A stretch of 64,000 nt of DNA from Paragordius varius. Lineage: Eukaryota > Animalia > Nematomorpha. The notes below the pieces were generated by a model that worked only from the letters and a program-made list of their open reading frames with translations, searched no databases and was not told the DNA's origin. The stretch covers positions 5,084,001-5,148,000 of the forward strand of contig OZ176056.1 of NCBI GenBank assembly GCA_964247055.1, written 5' to 3'. Made by a program: the position numbers and the translations under genes. How positions within the stretch are numbered: position 1 is the stretch's first letter; the number at the start of each line of letters is the position of its first letter. Positions 38,498-50,666 of this stretch are shown here, piece after piece.

Positions 38498-39856
38498 CCA
38501 TTTCCCAGTCTAAATAAACGTTTTCCCAGTCAATCGAAACATTTTCCCAATCAATCGAAACGTTTTCCCAGTCAATTAAAACGTATTCCCAGTCAATCGA
38601 AACATTTTCCCAGCCAATCAAAACGTTTTCCCAGTCAATAGAAACATTTTCCCATTCAATAAAAACATTTTCCCAATCAATAAAAACGTTTTCCCAGTCA
38701 ATAAAAACGGTTTTATTTTTTATGGTAAATATCAAAACAAGACATAAAAATAACTAACCATTATCAGCGTAATATTAGGATATTATTTTTTATAAAAAGA
38801 CAATTATTAAATGACAATTTTCCAATTATATTCCAGTGCACAATCATTAATGAGTTATACTTTAAAAATTATATTTTTGAAATTTGAAATGTTTTTAAGA
38901 TAATATTTTTTTATGATGGTTCGCATCAATATTTGCCGAACTAACAGTTTATATACATATCAAGATACTCCATAAAAATACTGTCGGAAAAATATCTAAA
39001 CAAAAGTTTTTTTTGATAATTTTGATTAAAAAATATTAAATAAATTTATATTAACTAAAACAGGGGTGTTTAACCAAGTGGCTTCGCGGGCCGCATTACT
39101 CAAAAAGCACGGCGTTCCGCATTTTATATATATCATTAATAATTTTTCGATTAGACATAAGACGGTAAAATACAAAAATATAATAATTGCGTAAGAAGTA
39201 TGAATATTACTAAGATTTTGTGGGCATATTTTTGCATATGGATTTCTAAATTTTTAGCGAGCCGCACAAAGATACTCGGCAGGCTGCGTTGGGCACCCGA
39301 TGAAATGATAAATATTATAAAATTACGGTAAAATTTATGTTTAAGATCCAATATGAAGTGTTAAATGATCTTTGAGATAAAAATGGTATATCATTTTTAT
39401 TTTTAATATTTCATCCGTAACTAGAGATTTTGTAAGTTAGCCGAAAATAATGCGAATACATCTCAAATTCCAAAAATATGATTTTTAAAGAATAAATTAT
39501 TAATGATTGTGCACTGGAATATACTTGGAAAATTGTCATTCAATAATTGTGTTTTTATAAAAAAACAATATCCTAATATTACGCTGATAATGGTTAAAAG
39601 TTGTTTTTATATCTTGTTTTGATATTTACCATAAAAAATAAAACCGTTTTTATTGACTGGGAAAACGTTTTTATTGATTGGGAAAATGTTTTTATTGACT
39701 GGGAAAATGTTTCTATTGACTGGGAAAACGTTTCGATTGACTGGGAAAATGTTTCGATTGACTGGGAAAACGTTTCGATTGACTGGGAAAACGTTTCGAT
39801 TGACTGGGAAAACGTTTCGATTGATTGGGAAAATGTTTCGATTGACTGGGAAATGG
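38498..39856. mobile_element. Foldback element with about 400-bp TIRs, each carrying ten 21-bp repeats
   Basis: Unit ATTGACTGGGAAAACGTTTCG x(9 plus a partial) at 39652-39856, mirrored at 38498-38702; arms remain inverted to about 38890 and 39462; flanked by (TA)n. Confidence 0.88.
39061..39302. mobile_element. Degenerate hAT-type MITE in the foldback spacer
   Basis: CAGGGGTGTTTAACC...GCGGGCCGC and TTGGGCACCCGATG ends; no clear TSD. Confidence 0.45.
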
Positions 39857-40458
39857 TATATATATATATATATTATTGACATTATAATATTGGATTGCAT
39901 TTTGAAAAGATATAATAAATTTATTTCATGAATTAAAATTATTGAGTTTATGTTTCTCTAGTAGTAAAATATCTTTCTAAAGCAGTAATACTTCATAATG
40001 AAGCTTTAAAACTTTAAATTGCATATTGGCTATGGTGTTTTGGGACACCTTTTCTGATTCTTTATATACTTTTTTATTTGTAGTTGGTTGCTGCACGGAT
40101 GTACCTATAATATAAATTAAAATTGACATTTTTTATTACGTTACCTTTAATTTCGAGATTAAAAAAATCAGAGTTACAATTGTAGTATATATGTATAAAT
40201 ATATGGATTATGATTTACAAGGAATATCATCGGCAATCGTTACGATACCACATTCTTTACCACCAGCATTAAAATGCACTGGATTATGTTCGTAATCCAT
40301 AATATCCAACATAACCTTCTCATGGGGTAATAACACAATTTTTTTATTACCTATGTAAATGGGTAGATAAGGATTTCAACTTAATATAATATTAATCGAG
40401 ACTTAGGTGTTTTTATATTTTTTGTGAATGAAATTATGTTTTTGTGATTTTAAAAAAT

Positions 40459-41753
40459 TCGAACAGAATTAGAAAATGACCTGGTAAAAGCCAGTAGTTA
40501 ATGCGAATCGTGCCAACGTAGTAGGCCGAATGTTACTCACCACGTATCAGTGGGATCATAATGTTGCTGTGTGGGAGCGTTTGCATATTGATATAGCCGG
40601 ACCGGTAGACGGTTTGTATTGGTTGTTGATAATTGATAGTGCCTCGAAATGGGCAGAGAGATTTATTTTGAAAAAGGTAACCGCAGCGAAAATAATCCAC
40701 AAATTAGAAGTAACGTTTGCAAGGTTTGGCTTTGCAAGAGAGATCGTGAGCGATAACGCTTCGCATTTCAGTAACGAGTACTTTACGTCAACCTTAAGTA
40801 CGTTAGGGGTGAAACATATTAAGGTTACCCCATACCACCCTTAGAGTAATGGGATGGTAGAAAGGTTAGTATGTACAATAAAAAATAAATACAAAAGAAT
40901 AAAAAATAATGGGATATCCACCCACGAAGCGTTTAACACTAGCCTATGGGCATATAGAAATTCTATACACTCAACAACGAAAGAAACCCCGGCCCCGTTA
41001 ATGTTCAAGCGTACTTCCCATACCCCCTTAACCTGGTTAAATAGTAGGGCGAGATTGTTGGATGCACCGGCCCCCAGACGGCAGTTTGTCATTAATGACC
41101 AGGTAATGATTAAAAATGAATTAAGTCCAGGGTGGCGCGCCGGAGAGATTACGGACCACACAGGGTTATTTTCATACAAGGTATGGGACAAGGACCGAGA
41201 AAAAGTTGTGAGGAAACACGCTGACCAAATAGTACAACAACCACAACCACAGCCGACCGCTGCCAGCAACACAAATGAGGAGGAGGTAACCACTGCCACG
41301 GATGATGGAACAATCGCTGAAACGCAAACAAACACGATCAATTCAAGGGAGGAAATCGAATTAATTACTCCGACAGCCGAAAGTCCAAATAATGATAATA
41401 CCCAGAAACCTGAGACAATCTACTCCCCCGCTAAAACACAAGAACGACGGTACCCGACAAGAAGTCGGCAGAAACCTGCCCGCTTTCGTTAGGAGGGGGT
41501 AGTGATGTTAGAGTGTAACTGACCGGCTTATTTAAATAGACCTGTTACTACACGATTAGATTAACCACACAAACAACATTCGTGATATATTAGTACATTA
41601 ACCTATTAACTTAGCTGTGTACTATTATTATATTATTATAACGTCCCCACCACTTGTGAATATTATTATTATACCTTGAGATAATTGTATATAAGCAAAC
41701 ATCTCACCTTGATATATGTGAATACATTAGACCTAATTATCTTAGATATATAT

Positions 41754-41798
<45 letters not shown>

Positions 41799-44230
41799 GA
41801 TACAAAGCATTGTTTTTGTGATATACAATATATAATAAATTTATTTACCGTTACTTTTACATTGTCGTCCCCAGTTAATATTGGTGGCCAAAACAAGATA
41901 TGACAGACGAACCAATGAATATCACAGCTCAAAAATACAATAATAATAGCAATTGATACAGTAACAATCAATCGGTTACAACATAATAAATCCAATCGAC
42001 AAACAATAATAAAATCATCTATTACATGCAAACATTGCGTTTGACACACCCACTCAACAAGTGTCCAGCCTGGAGACGATCCTGCAACAAATGCGGAAAG
42101 CTGAACCATTTTGCGAGAATGTGTGTGGCCAAAAGACAAAGACCCAACTTCAATGGGCAATTATTGAAGGGCGTTAACGTGGGTCATAAGGCGCTAACTC
42201 CCTTACTGATAACACTAGTAATAAACGGGTTAAAAAAAGACTTTATCTCTGATACCGTTTCGGACATTAGTGTAATAAACTTTGCCGCATGGGAGCAAAT
42301 CGGTAAACCCAAGCTGCGTCCGACACCCCCAGTAAAATCGTACAACAATACCACAGTGCCAATGATGGGGACAGCAAATGTCAAGGTCCAGGTAAATGGT
42401 AAACAAATGGTCGGGGACATATGTGTCCTAAGCAAAACGATGGGGATGGCCCCGCTAATCTGTGGACTGGACTGGATGGCGAAATTCCAGATTGAAATGT
42501 CACAGGTTAAAGTTAATTATCTTAAATTGAATGAGATTTGTGAAAATTTTAAAAATTTATTCGAAAATAAGTTAGGGTGTTATAAGGACCCTGTAAAAAT
42601 TGGCATTGCAGCGAATGCGATCCCGAAAGTATGGCCATGTCGCAGGGTGCCTTTTCCATTAAGAGAAAAGGTGGAGAAAGAGCTGACGAGGCTAGAAAAG
42701 TTAGGCATTTTAGAACCGGTTGATCCTAACACCACACCTGTGACATGGGCCACGCCTACGGTTAATGTACTTAAACCGAATGGCGAATTAAGAATATGTA
42801 GTGATTTTCGGGTAACGATTAATAAGTGGTTGCAAGAAGACTCCCACATAATCCCCACGTTTGATGATTTGGTGTCGAAAATAGGTGAGGGTATCACATT
42901 CACGAAAATTGATTTAAAAGATGCTCACCTCCAGTGGGAGAGGAGTGTCAAGAATTGTTAACTATCTCAACACATAAAGGTTTTTTTAGATACAAACGCA
43001 TGCCGTTTGGACTGGCCACGGCACCTATCATCCTCCAAAGAGTGATGGAACAAGTGCTGGCTGAATGTCCAGGAACTTGCGTATATTTAGATGACGTCCT
43101 AGTGACTGGTAGGACGGAAAATGAGCACATTAACAATTTAAATAACGTATTAATTCGTCTCGATAAGGCCGGATTTAAATTAAGACAAGATAAAATAATG
43201 ATAGGCGCAGAATCAGTAAACTATTTAGGGTTTGAAATATCGAAAAAGGGTATAAGCCCGTGTGAAAGCAAAATCAAAGTAATTAAGGAACTAAAAAGGC
43301 CGGTAGATAAAAAGTCGTTACGTAGTTTTTTAGGTTTTTTGACATTTCATGAACGCTTTATACCAAAATTACAAATGGTAGTCGGTCCCTTACATGAATT
43401 AACTAGTAAAAATACGAGATAGTGTTGGACCGAGAAACATGAGAAAAGCTGGTTAGCAGCTAAGAATTTATTAAGCGAAAAAGTGTTTTTAACACCATAT
43501 AATCCGAATAGGAAATTGATAATAGAAATTGATGCGTCAGATTTAGGATTCGGATGTATTTTAAGTCATGAAGTTAATAGTGAAAGGTTACCGATAGCGT
43601 ATGCCTCACAAAAGTGTAGCAACGCTGAAAGGAATTATTCCACTATAGAGAAGGAATTAAAAGCAATATTATTTGCGTTACGAAAGTTTCATAGTTTCAT
43701 ATATGGTAGAAAATTTATAATATTAACTGACCATTTACCTTTAGTAAAGTTAATAAATAGAGATCGAAATTTAAAAGACATACATAATGCTAAAATACTA
43801 AGGTGGATTAATACGATAAATGAATACGACTTTGAAATAAGTCATCAAAAAGGGGCTCAAAATAGAGCTGATTATTTATCGAGATGGCCGATTAACGAGA
43901 TCGTTGCCTATGATGAAGATTATGCGGTTACCAGATATTTGAGATTTTTGTATTGTCATAATGTGCGGTTAAGCAGAGATGAAATTCGAAAAGAAACCGC
44001 ATTAAATTTAGTATTACAAAAAGTAATTAAAGCGTTAAACAACCATGACTAGAGTTCTCCAGAAAAAAGTTTGTAAACCGTAAAGAAGAGTTGACATATC
44101 AATATGGCTTATTAAGTTTAAATAATCGGATAGTAATTCCGAAGCCCCTCCAAAAAGAGGTGGTGAGATACCTACACAGCGGGCATAACAACGTAGAGAC
44201 CATGAAAGCGATAGCATATTTCCCAAGTTA
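40459..44230 (+). mobile_element. Circularly permuted Ty3/Gypsy element: IN(C-half)-PPT-single LTR-PBS-gag(NC)-PR-RT-RH-IN(N-half)
   Basis: IN core WERLHIDIAGP/VSDNASHF/PYHP at 40530-41492; PPT 41491-41505; zinc knuckle CNKCGKLNHFARMC; RT YLDD; RH IDASDLGFG; HSGH at the right end; 8-bp direct repeat TAAAAAAT at 40451-40458 and 44231-44238. Confidence 0.92.
41506..41861 (+). repeat. Single LTR of the permuted Gypsy element, with an internal (TA)n expansion
   Basis: Starts TGTTAG right after the PPT AGGAGGGGGTAGTGA; ends TTTACA before PBS-like TTGTCGTCCCCAG; no second copy in the window. Confidence 0.8.
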
Positions 44231-45301
44231 TAAAAAATAATTGGCATAATAAAAAAGGGGAAGCCCGTTATAAATAATACCAGTTTGATGAATATCCATC
44301 TTCTTCTTAAGAGTTGTTTTGATATTTTGTACATTTTTTTCAATTGAGAAATATCAATATCTTCCCCAGTGTCCATCACGAATTCCTGGTGTATGTCTCC
44401 ATACTGCTTCACGTTTTGCTATTGATTTCGGGAGGAGCCCTTTTCAAATACAATGGGATATCTATTAAACATAGATTAGGAATAAAAATATAATAAATTT
44501 AAAATTTACTTTTTAATTTCTACTAACTTCTCTCTATTCATGAAAAGAAGAGAGAATTTTAGCTAAATAAATAAAATAAGATTTGAAATATATAAAAATT
44601 ACTAATATAATATTAAAATTAACTTTTACGAATAGCGGTTAGTAATTGATTTATTTTAACATAAGTTATGTTATCGATTAGTAATAAAATTAAATATATT
44701 TATAGTTTCTTGTGACATGTATATGATAAGAGCAAATTATTTTTTGTATTTGTATGTTATATTAAAATCAAATACCTTAAAAATTCGCTTGATTAAATAC
44801 TATTCATTTACTTCATTTGTTAATTTTTATTACTAGAAGTAAATTGATAATAATCTGATATAAAAAAATTTAAGATGTATATAATAATGATGCATTACAC
44901 TGGTGAAGGTAATATAAGATGTTTTCTTTAAACATTAGCGATGTGAGTCTACTGCATCCTTTTCTTGACTTTTTTTGATGAAACCAAAAAACTTTACTCG
45001 GAGTGCGATTAGTTTCTATAAATAAATAAATATAAACTGGGGATTTTGCATAAGTTTATTTTGAGAGTTAATGGAAACTACAATAAGATCCTTTAATTTA
45101 ATATTATACACATTTTGTATAGTTTTTCCAAACTTTCATTCTCTTCTGTATCCACCCACTTTAAGTAGGTAAAATTAGCCAAAATTAGCAAATAAACAGA
45201 CCAAAGGTTCCAATTACACATAAAACCAAAATTATATACATATAAAGTTACTAAAATATTTTTTTCTCATATTTTTGTATATGTCATGTGTGCCCTATAC
45301 C

Positions 45302-48300
45302 TAAGGTGACCAGATTTTTTGAAGGAAAAAGCGGGACAAATCTGAGAGGGGGGGCTCGTTGGGGGGTACAACCAAAAATTTTTATACAAAAAATTTATTG
45401 TAATATTTATATATTTTTAACACAAATACATTATAAATAAAAAAAAATTGTACCTGACAGGTTGTTTGTACCTTATTCAATAAATTTACATGTGCACGAA
45501 CAAAGGGTGAAGTGATTGTAAATTCTAGAAAAAAATAATAAAGACGAAATCATCACAACTCGCTGGGTGATGCAAGAAGCGGCACAAAAAATATTTTTAA
45601 CAATTTAGCGAATAATTTTAAACAAAACATTATTGGCAGATACACAACGCTATTCAAACAGCTACTGATTTGTTACCCCTGAATGTGGAAAATTAAGATG
45701 TTAAAATGCTTGGATATTCTAGAACTGTTGGTTAGCTCTTTTGTCAGCGATTGAAATATTTATAAAAATGTGATCTCCTAGAATCCTATTTTTTATTACA
45801 GGACAAAGGTCAAAATTCCAAGTCAAAAAAGGTTAGAAAATAATTTTATACCATTACCTAATCGCAATATTATAAAGCATCCAGAAAAACAAGGCTCAAT
45901 GAATAGCCAGAATATAATAAATGTTTTATACAAACAGAAACGATTATTTGCAACACAAGACGGTGCACAATGACACTTTTTTTAAAGTCTCATTATTAAA
46001 TAAATATATTGAATGAAAACTTTATGGACAACAGAAAAAAATACGTAGGATAGAAATGGTTAAAATAATCATTTATAAACAAATTATGTTCCATACAATA
46101 ATATTTTAATTGTAGAATTTGCATTATCTTTACCTGAACCACTGCTATTGAACGCGTTTTTCCACAGTAAATTAAGTAAGTACACGGAATCAAATTTAAA
46201 TGTTGAATAAAAACCATTTTATGTGTTCAAATAATTTGACAAATTATGAAGACATACAATATTTTAAGTAATTTTGTTTATTTTTTAACACAAAAACTTT
46301 AAAGAAAATATTTTATTCTTTGGTATACTTTTTGTTTGAGTGAATGCGTTTTAGCAGATTGTCATCATTTCTTAAAATATGGTAGAAGTCTTCACAAGAA
46401 TTTGTCAAATTATATTTGACAGATAAAACGGCCTTTTAAGTTTCAACATTTAAATTTGATTTTTCCGATGTCCACACCTGATTTACTGTGGAAAAAACGA
46501 GCTCAGTAGCAGCGGTTCCAGGTAAAGATAGTGCCAATTCCAAAATTTTTACAATATTATTGTATGTAATATAGTTGGCTTCAATGAAATATTTCCAACC
46601 ATTTCTTTTCTACTGCATATTTTTCTTTTGTCCATAATTTAAGTTTTTCATTATTAATATATCTTTTAACTAATGATACTTCAGAAAAAAGATCATTTTC
46701 TGAAAGATTACTTTTGAGAATTTTTGGGAGCAGATAAAATCAAATGATTTTTAACATCGCACCAATTAAATTCTGATTTTAATGTTATCCAATGAAAATG
46801 ATCAATTTCATTAAATTGCGTTGTCCAGTCTTCCAAATAATATTTACAGTTTGTATAAAACATTTTTATATGGTACAGGATATCTTGGCGATTTATTAAG
46901 CCTTGTTTTTCTAAATTATCTATTATATTGCGGATGGTTAATGGTATAAAATTATTTTTTACCGTTCTTGACATTGGATTTTAGATAACTTCATTGTCTA
47001 CTTCGATTCCCGAAATTTTGTCACCTTCTATAAATTTAATAACATTTTGAAAGAGAGAAGCTTGATTATGTAAGAATTCTAACCATATTTTTGAAGAATC
47101 ACTTTCAAAAAACTTTTTTAAAGTTGTAGGACATTTGTCCTGTGATAAAAAAAGTTAAAGGATCATACATTTTTAAAATTCTTTCGATAGCTGGCATAAA
47201 AGCTAACCAACGAGTTTTACAATATCCAAGCATTTTTTGATATTGAACTACTGCATTTTCACAGAATTCTTTAAGCGTTTCAACACGTACCGTGTATATA
47301 TAAAAATAGGAATATATTTTAACAACTACATTTTCCACATCTAGGGGTAACAAATCAGCAGCTGTTTGAATAGCGTTGTGCATTATATGCGCTGCACACC
47401 CAACGCCAATAAATGTTTTGATTAAGATTATCTGTTAATTTATGAAAAATATTTTTTGTTCCCCTCCTTGCATTTCCACCAAAGTTCGTATTGGTGCCAG
47501 CGCAATATGCGATAATTTTGTCTTTTAAATTATTTTTTTCTAGAACATGCATTATCGAAGTAAATATTATTTCGAAATTTTCACAGGGTAGGGAAATTAA
47601 AACTAAAATTTTAATTTTTATTCCGGTTTCTGAATCAAAATATCTTATCAAAGTGGGAAATAATTCTGTTTCATGGTGATTTGAAGCATCAGTGTATAGG
47701 GATAAGAAATTAATTTTTAGCAAATCTTTTTGTATTTCAGAAAATGCATGTGGCGAAAGGACATTGCACACAATGGCTTCAGCCTTTGTTCGGGCACATA
47801 TAAATTTTTTATGGAATAACGTGCGAATAACATATGACGTATAGTCCATAGATCTAAAGGAATGATTGTGATTAACGGCGTGGAAAGATAACAGGCCCTC
47901 AGCTAGTGCCAAATTCTTTTCTCTCCAAAAGCGATTTTTCGAAAAAAATCGCTCATTTTGTAAGATGATGCCGCCATATCTAAACATTTTTTATGTTACT
48001 GTGTTTCTATATGCTTTGTAATATCATGCTTGCCGCCATGTGCTAAGGTGTGTATTCCCCCTCGCATATAAAACATTTAACACATTCATTCTAGGAAAAT
48101 CTTTTATTAATTCATCGTTGAACTTACAACCTCTTTTTGTGCTCATATTTATAAACTACTATTAGTATAATAAATATTATATTACTTTAATTTTCTGAAA
48201 TAAACGTGTAAGGTACCGATTTATGGTATCAATTTGTCTTTTAAGCTACCGATTTGTGGTATTAATTTGGATTTTAATAATGTTGGCAAGTAATAAAACT

Positions 48301-48708
48301 AAAATATTAGTATAATAAATATTATATTACCTTAATTTTCTGGAATAAACGTGTAAGGTACCGATTTGTGGTATCAATTTGTCTTTAAATCTAGAGATTT
48401 GTGGTATTAACTTGGCTTTTTGCTAATGATGACAGCAGTAGTAGGAAGGAAAGTGTATAATCATGTGATATAAATTCGAAAAAAATAAATATTTTTAATT
48501 TAAAAATAAAAAATTTTAATTTAAAATTTATATAGATTTTAAAGATATTTAATGATAAAAAACTTAAACGAAAAAATTTATTTGTATTAAAAAAATTTTT
48601 TTTATATAATCGTGAAAAAGCGGGACTTTTTAAAAACGTAGCGGGACGCGGGACAAAGTGTGAAAAAGCGGGACTGTCCCGCTAAAAGCGGGACGTCTGG
48701 TCACCTCA
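45302..48708. mobile_element. hAT transposon (3.4 kb) containing two oppositely oriented transposase relics
   Basis: TIRs TAAGGTGACCAGA / TCTGGTCACCTCA; GCGGGAC subterminal motifs; perfect 8-bp TSD CCTATACC (45294-45301, 48709-48716); minus-strand transposase ORFs 47987-46708 (LYTDASNH, YCKTRWL, ALSLPGTAA) and a deleted plus-strand copy at about 45560-46300. Confidence 0.92.
48160..48420. repeat. Tandem duplication, about 145-bp period, inside the hAT element
   Basis: TATTAGTATAATAAATATTATATTAC...GGTACCGATTT.TGGTATCAATTTGTCTTT repeats at 48160 and 48305. Confidence 0.8.
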
Positions 48709-49587
48709 CCTATACCACACTTGCAATTTCTTCAAGTTTTTCTTAATCATATGATTTTTTATCACCTTCTGTTCAAGTTTACTTGCTTGACTTAAGTGCC
48801 CTAATGTTTTTTTTATCACAAGGCAGGCCATGACTAGAAAAACTTGTAAGCCAAGTCAAAAAAAATTTTTTCACCCCACCCATAATTTATAATTTAGAGT
48901 GGTGGTGCTCATAAAAGCCTATATTTGTCGACTAGTGTAATTAAGATTTTATTACTTTGATAATGTAATCCAAAAATATACATTAACCTTCATGGCATAA
49001 ACTGGCCTGATATTAGATAACCTTTATAATACATATATATAGATATAATATTGGAAGAATAAATGTGGTGGATGGGTGACCCTATGACTCAATTAGTCAG
49101 TATAAAAGTATTTATTTAACCTAATTACACATGTTTTGGGCATTTTGAATACTAGTGTTTTTTTTAATCCAAACATTTTATTTTTGACCCAGTAACTCAT
49201 TTTCGATACCAAAAGTTTTAAGCCTTAATTTAAATACCAAATATAGTATTGTCGCCAAGGGTTATCCAATTTTTAATAAAAATTTGGATAATTACGATAA
49301 AAGTGTCAATATTGACCTATTCGGTATAACCCTTTTTGCTACTTATTTTATTTATAGAAAATGACTCAATGTAGTCCCGAGGAAGGGGTAATACAAACTA
49401 AATACAAGGATACCTCTTGTTCATAATACATATATATAATAAAGCTAGCTATTTTTTGAAATTGGGACACACAATACAAATAAACACCCAATACAATATT
49501 TGATACAAATAATATATACTAGTAGAATTTTTATTTTAAAACTAAACTTGAACAAATTTTTACATCTTTTCTTATTTCCTTGACGGA

Positions 49588-50627
49588 ATGAATTTTATTA
49601 CAATAATCGCATTGATAGGATGTATGGCCTTGTGTTTGGGAAAATCGGCACCACGTAATATATTAAATCATTTAATTCTATTTAAATTTAATTTAAAATT
49701 AACACTTAAGCACCTTTTGGGTTAGTTCTAAACAACGTGACTATTAATTTGTTAATAATATCCTTTCTTTTTTATGGCTTTGTGAAAAGGTTTCAAATTA
49801 CATTTTAAAGCAAATTTTTGATATTTGTTTGTTTCAATCGTGTTTTAGAGGTGTCTGATTGGACGTTATAAGTTAAGGACTGTAAAGATTTTATGGTGTT
49901 AAAAATAAATTTTGAATAGAGCAACTTTCCATACCGTAGTTTGTCTATATTTTCAGGTGCTAAATTTGAAATTTTTTTTAAATATATTTTGAGCAGATAT
50001 TGGGCTTAGTGGAAAACCCAAACGATGCAGTTTAGTATATGACCCAAATCGAGTTGGACAAGTTTTCAATCCATTTACGGATGTATTTATTGCACTCAAA
50101 TACCCCATATATTATGGTATATTTTCCTATTTCCTATTTGGATATTAACATATAATTAAAAATGTTGGTAAAATACTATTAAAAAAATTACGTATATATA
50201 CGTTTTGTCATTTCATTTAAGCCACTAACATTTTTCTAGATTTACTACCTTAAAACTCATTACATTTTGCTGTTTATACCTATTTAAACAAACGCCAACC
50301 ACTCTTTTTCTTTACAAAATAGTTATTCTATAAATTAATTTTTTTGACATGCTTGGTCGTGTTAATAAAATTAATCTATGTATCATATATTTTTAATAAG
50401 AATATTATTATTAGTACCACTTCTCTGAACCCTTTATTTATTTTTAAACAAATCAGATTTATCGTGTTTCTATAAATTAAAATAAAATATTAGTAAAGTA
50501 CCTTTCAAATTTTAGAGCTTGTATATGATCATGTACGGTTTTTGGAAATATCTGGATGCAAAATAAATATTACAGCTTACATGAAGAAAGGCGACCATAT
50601 GATTTACCGTAAGGCGAATTTTTAACA

Positions 50628-50666
<39 letters not shown>

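Larger units (their letters stand above)
39930..44460 (-). pseudogene. Harbinger Myb/SANT-like DNA-binding gene, pseudogenised; intron 1 holds the Gypsy insert
   Basis: Exons about 44460-44281 (QYGDIHQEFVMDTGEDIDISQLKKMY..KKMDIHQT, one frameshift), 40350-40219 (GNKKIVLLPHEKVMLDIMDYEHNPV...) and 40104-about 39930 (..MQFKVLKLHYEVLLL*KDILLLEKHKL); GT-AG, phase 1. Confidence 0.7.
37507..48881. mobile_element. PIF/Harbinger transposon (about 2.8 kb once three nested inserts are removed)
   Basis: TIRs GGGTGGGGTGA.AAAA..TTGACTT at both ends; 3-bp TSD ATA (37504-37506, 48882-48884); convergent nuclease and Myb/SANT genes. Confidence 0.8.
36347..48937 (+). mobile_element. Tc1-like family E copy split by an 11.4-kb nested insertion
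   Basis: TA|CACTGATCAACA at 36347; colinear with the other E copies to GTCATA (37506); resumes at 48882 and ends GTCGACTAGTG|TA at 48937. Confidence 0.8.

Noticed and set aside
38460-39931. ORFs encoding (IDWENVS)n, (LTGKTFR)n, (FPVNRNV)n as repeat proteins, or the array as CRISPR
   Set aside because: They are translations of a 21-bp tandem unit within the two arms of an inverted repeat. There are no unique spacers, no cas genes, the context is eukaryotic, and openness in several frames is expected for a stop-free 21-mer.
39968-39982. Possible 15-nt intron GTATTACTGCTTTAG in the Harbinger Myb gene
   Set aside because: More simply a premature stop in a pseudogene; the frame continues through it.
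44035-44412. ORF first read as an RTE 3' fragment
   Set aside because: Better explained as exon 1 of the Harbinger Myb/SANT gene running on into antisense Gypsy sequence.
10091-50662. (TA)n tracts at about 10091, 11288, 17777, 41745 and 50632
   Set aside because: Ordinary microsatellites in an AT-rich genome.
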